Assembly (NCBI GenBank): GCA_016618085.1
Contig: JABLTG010000044.1
Location: 1 to 64,000 of the forward strand
Origin: Neovahlkampfia damariscottae
Taxonomy: Eukaryota
DNA: 64,000 nt
Reading direction: 5' to 3'
Made by a program: the position numbers and the translations under genes. Below the pieces are notes generated by a model, which was given only the letters and a program-made list of their open reading frames with translations, was not told the DNA's origin and made no database searches. Below, piece after piece: positions 49,932 through 61,113 of this stretch (within the stretch, counting starts at the first letter, position 1; each line of letters opens with the position of its first letter).

Positions 49932-51866
49932 TTAATTGGAACCCCATGCATTTTGGGTTGTTGATGATGTAGTTTGTGATCCTCCTAATGTCGGAAATTC
50001 ATTTTTCTTTTTCTTTGGTTTCTTCTTTTGAGTTGGTTCAGAGATTTGCATGATCGGTTTTGGAGTGACACCTAGAGTTGGAAAATCTTCTTTTTTCTTT
50101 TTTTTCTTTGTCGATTTATGTTTGTTCCAATCACCTTCTGGTACTGATTGCAATGTAACAATTGTATCTTTGATAAATTCTTCTTTTGAATCTTTGATTG
50201 ATGGAAAATCGTTTGTTTGATACTGTTAAAAGGATTAATCATTTCATTGGTTTACTTGATATTTCGAGTTCTCCAATAGCCTTTTTTGTAATTCTTCTGT
50301 TTGTTTTTTTTCAATTTCTTCATTAACTCTTTTTTCTTCATCAACTTTTTTTTGTCTTTTTGATCTTCTGATTGATATTTCCTTTTGAAAATTCTTCATT
50401 GTTTTTTTGGAAACAATATTCGATAAATCAATTTCTATGAATTGGATATCAGCACCCAATGGTATATATGATAAATATTTAAAATATCTTCTTATATCTT
50501 CACTCATTTTTTGTTTTTCAATTTCCAATATTTTTGCTGTTATCATTGGTGGTAATTTGTCAAAAGATCCAAATTCAAAAAGTAACATTTTGATATTCAA
50601 TGGAATCAAAAAAATCAATTGATCATCTGAGCAATAAAAAAAAAAGTCTGAAATTTCTTTTTTGTTTTCATTTTGTAATTGAAGTTTTTTTAATTGTTGA
50701 ATTGTTTGGTTTGTGGAATCTGATCCAAATGGATCTTCAAATTTTGATTCGATTTTTTTTTTTAATACTTTCAGATCTTCTTCTTCCTCTGAGACAATAT
50801 GAAGTTTTTTCCATTCATTCCAATCCTTCTGTCTTGTCTTCAAAGTTGTTAAAAAAATTGTTATTTTTCTACCTTAATTCGATCTTCAGCCAGCAATATG
50901 AATGAAGCATTTTCTTCTGAATAATTCTCAGACAATGCAACTTTTAAGTCAGAAAGTTCTCTATTCAAAATTCCTGTTATATCAAAGGTGATATTATATC
51001 TTGAATATTTTCCATTTTGATCAATATTCAAAGGAAAAACTAAAAAATTAAAGAAATTAAAATTGAAACCATGGCTTAAATTTGGTGAATTATTAGTCTT
51101 TTTATGTGGAAACAATGAGTTTCTAGGTCTTTGAAGTAAAAATAAGTCTATAGTGTGTCCAATTTGATATTTGCAAACATATTCAATATTCACACTCTTC
51201 AATTCAGTGAAATATACTGAGTCTTTACATAAAGGACATTTTTTAAATTTATAAGAGTTGTCAAATGTCAAATATTGAAGAATACCTAGTTTTTAATTTG
51301 AGAAAAAAAAATAAAAAAATTTTACAATGAGAACAGAAAACGTGACCGCATTTTGTGATTTGTCTAAAAAGAATTTATCAAAAGGTTTTTTATATTCTTA
51401 CGGTGCAAAAGGAATTTCCAAACAAATTGGACAAGTTATTTCTTCTTCTGTTGTTTTGAAATTTACCATTTCTACTGTACTCCAATCTACGAGTGAATCT
51501 TTTTAAATTTTTGAATAAAAAACATGTTTTGAATACCTGGTTTTAGTGAAGTTTGATAATATTGAGACATATTTTCATTATTAATTTGAGAAGGAGGTCG
51601 TACGATGAATTGAAAACTTTGAAAAAAAAATTAAATGTTTCTTTTTTTTTTTTACTTTGAAAGAACAAATTGATCTCTATTAAAAGGAACAACATATTTT
51701 TGATATTTTTTACGGTTTTGCTTGATTTCTAGTTCTGAAATTACGTCAGATTTGTCATCAATCCTGTTTTTTAAAGTTGTTTAGGAAGAAATGAAAATTC
51801 AAACCTGAAATTGGTCAAATGGTTCAAAGAAACTTCTTTCTTTTTTTTTTTCACTTGTTGTGACAT
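49932..51866 (-). CDS. RNF10: RING finger protein 10/Mag2-like E3 ligase (multi-exon)
   Basis: SLNHLTNF, FQFIVRP, VDWSTVEMV, CPICLE..P..TKCGHVFCSHCILQYL, KKCPLC, FFFYCSDDQLIFLIPLNIKML, RRYFKYLSYIPLG. Confidence 0.8.
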
Positions 51867-53139
51867 GTTGTGAAAAGATTCACTCTTTCAACTCCGAGAT
51901 TGAGTTTCTAAAAATAACAGATCTAATAATCCAATGAGAAACGTTCAAAATCAGTTTGTAACAAAACAAAATACAAACCTTTTCAATGTGATTTTTATTG
52001 TTGGAAAAAGAAAAATAAAAAGAAACCTAGATGATTGGATTGAAAAAGGCGCCAAAAGATTAAATTTTTGCAATAAAACAAACAACAACTTTGTTAATTT
52101 TCTGAATGTTCTCCTTGGAAAATGTTTTTTAGTTATAGGTATTCTTCAAGAAGAACAACAGGAAACCATAAGAAATCACAAATTTTTTTATATTCTTAAA
52201 GAAAGTTGATACGTTCAGAATGACCAACATTCAAAACTGTAAAACGGAATCACCAACACTTTTCAATTCAATTTTTATTTTCAACCAAATTCACACCAAG
52301 TAACACTGATATCTAACTAATGAAACAATTTCAGATGTTATTTCTTTCAAATCCTCATAAGTTGCAAAAAATTAGAGATTTTTATTTTTGTCAACCTGTT
52401 AGCTTCCAGAATAATAGTTCATTTTATATGATAATATATTGTGCAATTTTTAATATATTTACAAAACATCTGGACAGGTTATTGCTTTCAAATCCTCAGA
52501 ATCTTAAAAAATTACTATTTTTATTTTTTTGTAATGTTTTCTTGATTTTATAGGTGACCTCAGACTAATATTCCAAAAAAATTAAATTAAAACGTTTATT
52601 CTTTCTTTTTTTTTGATTATTATGTTGTTTTGCCTCAAGACCTGTAATGAATAAATCAAATTTTATAATCTAACGAAATGAAGGAGAGGTAAGTTTCAAA
52701 TGAGTATCGAATTATGTTAAAAGCTAGGATTATTCAGATCTTATCTGAAAAACCTATTCGAAAAAAAATTAGTTTTCTTTTGACATGTCATGAACATTTT
52801 TGACAACATCCATGTATCTTTTTCTTTGGAGAGTAGTTTTGCATCAGGATTCAAGTAGTCTATTTTTTCTTGAAGCAAGTAATGTTTTTGTTCACCTATA
52901 ATTTCTGATAAATTTGTAATACTGAAGGTGGTCGGAATAATTTAAAGCTATTTATCTTGTGAAACAAACCAATATTTATATGAATCTGCTGTTCAAAGTA
53001 ATCAAATGAGATGTGTAATTCAGATTTGAGCAAAATTGTCCCTTTTCATGTTTTGTTTTTGTAACGTTTTTTTTATGGATCTGATTGGATGAATTTATCA
53101 ACCAATCATTTTATAATTTTTTACCTTAATGAAGTGAAC

Positions 53140-53541
53140 ATGACCAGTTGGACTGAATTAGAAGATGAAAAATTAACAAAAATAGTTGAAAGTATGAGTT
53201 GTAAAGAATGTGTAAATATCTACAGACCAGATTGTACATGTGAAGTTTTCAAGAAAAAACAGACTTGGGAAGAAATAGCAAAACAAATGAAAAGTAGAAC
53301 TTATGGTGCATGTCAAGGAAGATGGTGTTCTCAATTAGATCCTTTGGTTCATAAAGAAAGTTGGACAAAAGAAGAAGAGGAATTGTTAATGAAAATTTAT
53401 TCAAAGAAAGAATACAACACTTGGGTGAAAAGAGCTCTAAAACTAATGGAAGTTAATGAAGGTAAAAGAAGAAATGGAGGTGATGTTGCATCAAAATACT
53501 TTCAACTTTCAAAAAAAAACAAAAAACGAAAAAGAGAATAA
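53140..53541 (+). CDS. Small Myb-repeat DNA-binding protein
   Basis: WTELEDEKL...WEEIAKQMKSRTYGACQGRWCSQLDP...WTKEEEELL. Confidence 0.85.
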   Translation: MTSWTELEDEKLTKIVESMSCKECVNIYRPDCTCEVFKKKQTWEEIAKQMKSRTYGACQGRWCSQLDPLVHKESWTKEEEELLMKIYSKKEYNTWVKRALKLMEVNEGKRRNGGDVASKYFQLSKKNKKRKRE

Positions 53542-53635
53542 AAAAATAAAAATTCATGAAAAAAACTTCAAAAAAAAATAAAAGTTGAAGGCTAAACTTT
53601 CATTGGTTAAATCTAAAACAACAAAAATCAACTGT

Positions 53636-56392
53636 ATGGAGTGGTATGAGGAGGTGAAGTTACAATTTCCGTATCTTTCTGGTCACTCAATGGTTCATTT
53701 TTCAAATCACAAAATTAATTATATTTTTATTTTTGGAGGACAAAAGGATACTGTACATCAAAATTCACTTTACATTTATGACTTGGGTTTTAAAAAAAAA
53801 AAATAATAACATTTTTCAAAGATACTTTTAAATTTCATGAAGCAAGTTCATTTGAAACCAAACAAAGAATAAATCATTCAAACACTATTTTTAAGCCAAA
53901 TTTGAAAAAATTTCAACCAGAACCAAGAGAACGTCAAGGATTCACAAAAATAGATTTGGCTGGAAAACAATCGATAATGCTTTTTGGAGGTATTGGTCCT
54001 GCTAATCAAATTGGTGTTAGTTCAAAATTAAAATTTTTTGAGGAGTTATGGGAACTTGAACTTCCACATGAAAGATTTGAAAAAACTGTTTGGTCAAAAC
54101 CGAAAGTAGACGGATCAAAGCAACCAAAAGGAAGATATGACCACACATTTTTAGGATATGCTCCGCATAAAGTTGTACTATTTGGTGGATTTGGTGAGGA
54201 GAAAAGAGCATTAAATGATCTTTGGATTTTAAATTTAAAAACAGACAAACTGGGACAAAACACTGCAAAATGGAAATGTATATCAGAATCAGAGATAAAT
54301 TATGGAACCGATTTAACAAAACCTGCTCCGAGATTTCAACATTCTTCTGTTTCAATGAAAGACAAAGTTTACATTTTTGGAGGAAAAAATGAACATGGAA
54401 TATTGAATGATTTGTGGTATTTACAAGTTTCAAACTATACTTGGACAAGAATTAAACACAGTTCTTTGACACCAACTCCTCGTTTTGGACATATGAGCAC
54501 TATTATCTTTGATACTTTATTTATTTTTGGAGGATTTTCAAATGTTTTAGATGAATATGAATCACATTACTCTAATACAGTTTTTAGTTATGATATTGGT
54601 AAAAAAAAAAAAAAAATGTTAAAAATTTTAAAGACGAAAATCGTTGGTTCAGCATGAAGATGAAAGAAAAAAATAAAATATTTCCAGATGGAAGAATAGG
54701 GTTTGGATCATGTGTTGTATCAGATCATATTTATATTTATGGTGGATTGGCTTATTCTAATGAGTTTGATGATTTTGGAAGAGTTTGTGATTTTTGGACG
54801 TTGAATACACATTTATTACATGAAGAAAGAAAAATTGGAAATTATACAATCATTAAGAAATTAGATTTTGGAAGTTTTTCTGATGTTTTTAAAGTTCGAG
54901 AAAAAAATACAAAAGATATATATGCGTTGAAAAGAATTCATGTAAATTGGAAAATGAACTCCAATCAATTTATCGTACCAGATTTTGATGTTTTAGGTGA
55001 AACATATATTCCAAAGACACTTCAACATAAGAATGTTTTGTCCATCAAGACTTCATTTTTAGCAAAAAAAGGAGATTCAGTTTTTGTATCTTTGATAATG
55101 CCATTTTGTGATTTAGGTGATTTTTTGAAAGTTTTTCATAAAAATAACTTGACAGAAGTGGTATGTTATTTCTAATTTTCACCTTTGTTATTCAGGAAAT
55201 TTTGTATTTTATCTTGCAGTTATTGGACGGAATGAATTATATTCATTCACAAAATGTGATCCATCGTGACATCAAACCAAAAAATATATTGGTAATTTCT
55301 GAAAGAACTCATGATAATATTGTTGTTCCAATTGCAAAAATAGCTGATTTTGGTTTGGCCAAGAATGTGACCACTAACAAAGCAAAGACAGTTCTTGGAA
55401 CTCAGATTTATATGGCACCCGAAGTAGAAAAACGAATTGGAAGTTATTCATTTTCTGCTGATGTATATTCACTTGGAGTTTTGATTTTCTTCATGTTTAC
55501 CAAACAAGAAATAAATTTCAAAATCAAAAAAAATTCAAATTTGATTCACGAATTACAAAACTCAGATTTCAAATACAAGAATCAATATGTGGGTATTATC
55601 AAAGATATGCTCAATGAAAAACCTGAAAAGAGACCAAGTTGTTTTGAATGTCACGAGATTTTTAAAAAGAACTTTTTGAAATTATTGGACACTGCAATTG
55701 GAAATCCAAATTCTTTAAATTATATTCCTTTGGAGGCTTTAAAATTAATTTCAACAAAAGGCTTCATCAGCAAAGGAATTGTCAATATTGCCACACCAAC
55801 AACACCTGATTCATTTTCTCCTTTACCTTTATTGAAATTAGGTTCTAAAAATGATATGTGGTCTAGAAGTTTTCGAAAGAAGGATTCAAGTCGAGTATTG
55901 AAGGAACTTGATTTTGATTCGGACTCTCCTGGTCCAAGAGAAATCAATGATGACTATGATGATTCTGGAATGTTTGATAGTTTATTCATTTGGTTGTGTA
56001 ATTTACAAATGATTGATTATGAAGAACTTTTTATTGAACATGGTTATGATGATTTGAATATTGTTAAGGATATGACTGTTTCAGATTTAAAGAATATTGG
56101 AATTCAAGAAAAAGACGATTTGAATGTGTTGGAACTCTCCATAGCTGAACTAAGAGAATATTTAGATCCAAATGATATGTCTTTTGAAGAGTTTGAAATT
56201 AGATGTTGGTTGAATTTCAATTCTTTGGAAGTGTATGAAACAATCATTCTTGAAAAGTTCTCAAGTCTGAGAGAAATTTCTGAACTTTCATTGGAAGATT
56301 TAAAAAAATTGGAAATCACAAAAAGAGGTCACTTGAAGAAATTTGAACAAAAAATTCAAGAATTAAAACAAAAATTTTCACAATCAAAATAA
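53636..56392 (+). CDS. Kelch-repeat + Ser/Thr kinase + tandem SAM protein (4 exons)
   Basis: Multiple FGG kelch motifs; YALKRI, IHRDIKPKNIL, IADFGLAK, GTQIYMAPE; C-terminal SAM-like WLCNLQMIDYEELFIEHGYD. Confidence 0.85.
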
Positions 56393-56425
56393 AAACGTTT
56401 CATTGGTCGGATTTTTAACTGAAAA

Positions 56426-58529
56426 ATGAAAAGCATTAAAACCCTCTTGTCAAAAACAAAAGGAAAAACTATCATCTGTGATGCTTGTAAAGAAAGAATA
56501 TATGATAAGGAAATGAAAGAAGTTTTTGATTTACATTATCACATTAGTTGCTTCAGTAAAATCAAAAAAAAAAAAATTAAACCAAATTTTCACTCTTAGA
56601 ATGCACATGTTGCGGAAAAGAATTAAAAAATGATAGTTTCATACTTCATGATAATTTACTTCATTGTGAAAGAGATTACGATAGAAAAGTTAAAAGAAGA
56701 AGTCATAGAAAAAAAGCTATTAAATTAGAACTACCTGATAGTATTTTTGATGAAGAAAAAATAGAATTTTACCAAAAAATAACAGAAAAAATACAAGAAG
56801 AACAAGATTTAGGAATAGATATTTTGGGTGGAAATTTCACTGTTTCACTCTCCATGACTAAAGAAATCAATTTCATAGAGTTCAAGGTGGATTCCAAATT
56901 TGGAGAAATAATGAAGAAAATACAACAAAAATCAGAAGTTTATGAAAGTTTATTATCTTGGTTGAAACCATATGAAATACAAATGAAAGAAATTTCAGGT
57001 CTTGAAAGTAAAATTTTTCAAAAACTTCCAAAATTTGAGAATGATGAATTTTACAACTCCATTGAAAAAATTGGAAGTGAAAATGAAAAATGGAAATTTG
57101 TTCAAAATTTCAACAACATTTTACAAGAAACTCTAGATGTACATCAAAATTGTATTGAAAAAATGAATGAATTTGATGTAAAGTACCAAAAGTAAAAAAA
57201 AAACTTAGATTTAATAATTCAACTTTTAGGTATTTGAAGAATCCAACATTTCAAAATTCAATCATTGAAAATTTACATTTTTTGCATGATCAATCATTTG
57301 ATTATGCCAAATATTGCGAAACCGTTGAAATTGAGGATTATTTATTGAAATCCTTGTATTCCATTTTTCAATGTCCATTGGACACGTCAATAAAATCATT
57401 ATTGACGGAAAAACAAATTCAAAAGTTGAAGACTTATAAAATACCTCGTTACATTGAACCAAAATTCAGAAATCAAATTTTTGGTGTTGAACTTGAAGAT
57501 ATTATGAAGAGAAAAAATGAAGCTACAAAATTTTGTCCAACAGCAATTCAAGATTTGATAGAATACTTGGAGAAGTTTGGTCCTGAAAAAGAAGGAGTTT
57601 TTAGAATTCCAGGAAGCCAAGAAAAAGTTTTTCTTTTTAAATCTTTGATTGATTCTGGGAGGTTCAATGAAATTGAAAAAGATCCATCTGAACTTCACTC
57701 ATTGGGATCATTATTGAAGTTATTTTTCAGAGAATTACCAAATCCATTGTTGACTTTTGAATTATATGATGAGTTTATTTCATTCCCAACTGGAAATGAT
57801 GAAGAAACGATTCAATATTTTTCACAATTGATTCCAAAATTGCCCACAGTTCGAAGGTATACACTTGACAGATTGTTGTCACTTTTGTTCAAAATATCAT
57901 TAAATTCAAGTGAAAATATGATGAATGCAACTAATTTATCAACATGCTGGGCTATAAATTTGTTGAAATCTGAAGATGCGGAAAGATTTTCATTGGATGT
58001 TTCAAAAGTGATTCAATGTGTCACAAAATTGATCACTTTTTATCCAGAATTAAAAGAAAATTTCTTCCCTGTTAATCGAAATCCAAAAACTAAAAAAGAA
58101 CTTCAAGAATTATTTCACAAATTTTCAAACAATGAAGGTTCCATCAACATCCACCAGTTACAAAATTTATTCATATTTGTTGGAGTTAAAGCTGATGAAG
58201 ATGATATTAAAGCATTTTTAAGGTATGTTTCACCAGAAAATATTGAGATTTCATATTTAACTGATTTCACAAAATGGTGGGAAGATCTTCCATCCAGTAA
58301 ATTTTTAGCTTGTGAATTGAAATTGAAATTATTGAAGAAAAGTTCAAAATTATTTGATACTTTTGATGTAGATAAGTCAAATTACTTGGATGAAAAACAA
58401 TTGAAAGAGCTATTGAATCATCTGTTTGAAGAAGACCAATACTCTTATGAATCATGCTTCAAAGAAATTGATGATAATCATGATGGAAAAATTACTTTTG
58501 CACAATTAACTTCTTCAATGTTTACTTGA
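56426..58529 (+). CDS. LIM + RhoGAP + EF-hand protein (3 exons)
   Basis: CDACKERI...YHISCF-CTCCGKEL...HCERDY LIM; IFGVELEDI, EGVFRIPGS, LLKLFFRELPNPLL RhoGAP; DVDKSNYLD and DDNHDGKIT EF-hands. Confidence 0.88.
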
Positions 58530-58618
58530 AAAATTAAAACCAAAATAAATATTTTATCAAAAAAAACACAAAATATTTTCACCAATAAGAAATTTTGGAA
58601 GAAAAACTCACAAACATT

Positions 58619-60777
58619 ATGTTTGAGGATAAAAGTTACAAACCAACAATTTGTGTTGGTTTTATTGGTCCAAGGCACAATGGAAAAACTAGTTTTGTGT
58701 CACAATTAAGACAGAAATATGGAGAAGTTAACATGTATCAATTCCTGGATGCCTCTCTTCTTTCTATAGAAAAATCACCACAAGAAATTTCCAGGTCATT
58801 AATATACAAATTACCGCAAGAAATACAAACCAAATCATCAATAAATTCATATTTTTGCATATTTGAAACTTCAACACATCATTTTGTTACTGTTGACATT
58901 CCTGGAAACCGAAGAAGAATTAAAAATTGTTTAAAAGGTATTTACGCATCAGATTCAGTTGTGTTGGTTATTTCAATGGTAGATGAGTATGAAGATATCA
59001 CAAGTTCAGATTGTTTTGTTCATGACCAATTGGTTGATCAATAAACTAATCGTCTGTCTCAATAAAATGGATGAGGTAACTACAATGAAGAAAAATTCAG
59101 AGAACAAGAAAAAAAACAAGAGAATTGTTAAAAAAGTACTACACCAAATACAAAGAACAATATTTTTATCCAAACCTCTTGGCAAAGAAAAATCATTCAA
59201 AACATCAACTTGCCCAATATTTTTTTTCCATACAACTCATGCATGTTGTGGGATTAAATTTATCAAAAAGTGAATTCGGATGTTCCATTCAAAGATGATC
59301 CTAAAAAAGTTTCAATTGGCTGCTCATATGTTGTTGAATGTACGGTTGTTAATAATCAAATATTGAATATAGAAAGTGATCAGATGAACACTAAATTATC
59401 AAGATTTGTTCTGGTGGACCATGATTTTATTTTTGGGTATGGCTTAGTGACGGAAATTCTTTCAACCAAAAAACAAAAACACAGTGAAAATTCAAAGTTG
59501 CAATTTGATTTTCTTGATGAAAAATTCTTGAATGACAAAAATCTATTTTTGGATTCTATTGGTAAAAATGCATTTGCATTATTATTTGCTTCCGAAGAAA
59601 TTCAAAATGATAAAAAAATTATTTCAACTCTTTTAAAAAATGATATTATGAATCTTCAATTTATGTCAAAAAGAGTCAGAAATGACAGAAGATTTTTTGA
59701 AGACGAATTGAAACATAATATTAATATTTTAAGATTTGCATCAAATGACCTCAGAAATGATTTGAATTTCATTAAATTTGCTGTTTATTACAACCCAATA
59801 GCTCTGAAATATGCTTCTGAAGAAATTCAAAATGATTATGATTTGGTGCTGAATTGTGTATCCAGAGAAGGAAAAACGATAAAATACGCTTCAGAAACTT
59901 TAAAGTATCACCCAACTATCTATAAAGCAGCCTTGGAGAATAATGGATTTTCCATTGCCTTTTTGCCAAATTTGGAAATTTCCAAAAATTTAGCTTTGAC
60001 AATTGTGAAAACTTATCCAGAGTTTCTTCACATTTTACCTTCAAAATTAAAACTTGATGAATATGTAGTTGTTTCAATCCTGAAAAAGAAGGGTTCATTG
60101 ATTAAATTCTTTCCTCGTGATTCAAAAACCGAAAAAATTTTATTGACAGCATTGGAGACTGATCAATATTTTTTTAATTTCCATCTTAGTGATAAATTCA
60201 GAAATGATTTGAAATTCATGATAAAGGCAGTTCAAATAAATGGAAAAGCTTTTCAGTTTGCATCACAAGAATTGAAACAAACAAAAAACTAATCATGGCA
60301 GCTTTGAAAAATGGAATTAATAGCTATAATATCACTTATATTGAAAATATATTACATAAAAATGAAGAATTGTTCATTGAATTCATGAAAAATTTTTCGC
60401 CATTTTTCTTGTGTGTTGATTGTCATGATTTGAAATCAAAAATGAAAGAATTTATGAAAAATAATTTTGAAATTTCTTTAGATTTGGTTGAAATAAACCC
60501 GTATGCTTTTTTTTTTTTGCCAATTGAATTCCAAGAAGATGAACAATTTGTAGGAAAATTATTGGAAAAAACACCTGATATTTACGAGTTTCTGCCATCA
60601 AAAACCAAAGAAAACTTGGAAATTGTTTTGAAGTTTGTTTTTTTGTCAAAATCTTACTTTCATTACAAAATACCAAAAGAGTTCCAAAATAACATTGAGG
60701 TAAAATGGATTTCTAACAAAAGGTTCAAAAGAATTTCAAAAATAGGAATTTTAGATTTAAAGTTTTTTTTCAATTGA
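58619..60777 (+). pseudogene. Degenerate EF-1alpha-like GTPase fused to DUF4116-like repeats; frameshifted
   Basis: VGFIGPRHNGKTS, FETSTHHFVTVDIPGNRRRIKN, LIVCLNKMD, LSRFVLVD..IFGYGLV, then LKYASEEIQNDYDLVL repeats; reading frame broken several times. Confidence 0.65.
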
Positions 60778-61113
60778 AAACCTCAAATAGATATTTTTTT
60801 CCGGAGTTTGGAGACTCTCGGATAGAAAATAAATCTTTGATCAATATTTCGTGGAAAATTAAGGATATAGTGTTTTTTAACTAAAAAATGACAAATCAAT
60901 TCTGGAGATGAAGAAAAAAAATTGATGGGTCAAACGTTTAGAAGCAAATTGAACAGAAAAATTCCTTCGAATTATCCAAATCCGGCAAAATGGAAGGTCA
61001 ATTTGGATTCTGATTGGACCAGCAAATTTTTTTTCGGGAGAATGTGGATTGGTCAATTTCAGGTATAAAAGCAAATCGATCTTTTAGCCTTTTTATATTC
61101 AAAGAAATACAAA

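Noticed and set aside
51934..53080. Possible ncRNA or gene in the long spacer, including a short duplicated tttcaaatcctca segment at ~52345 and ~52486
   Set aside because: No recognisable RNA structure or protein motif; likely decayed coding sequence
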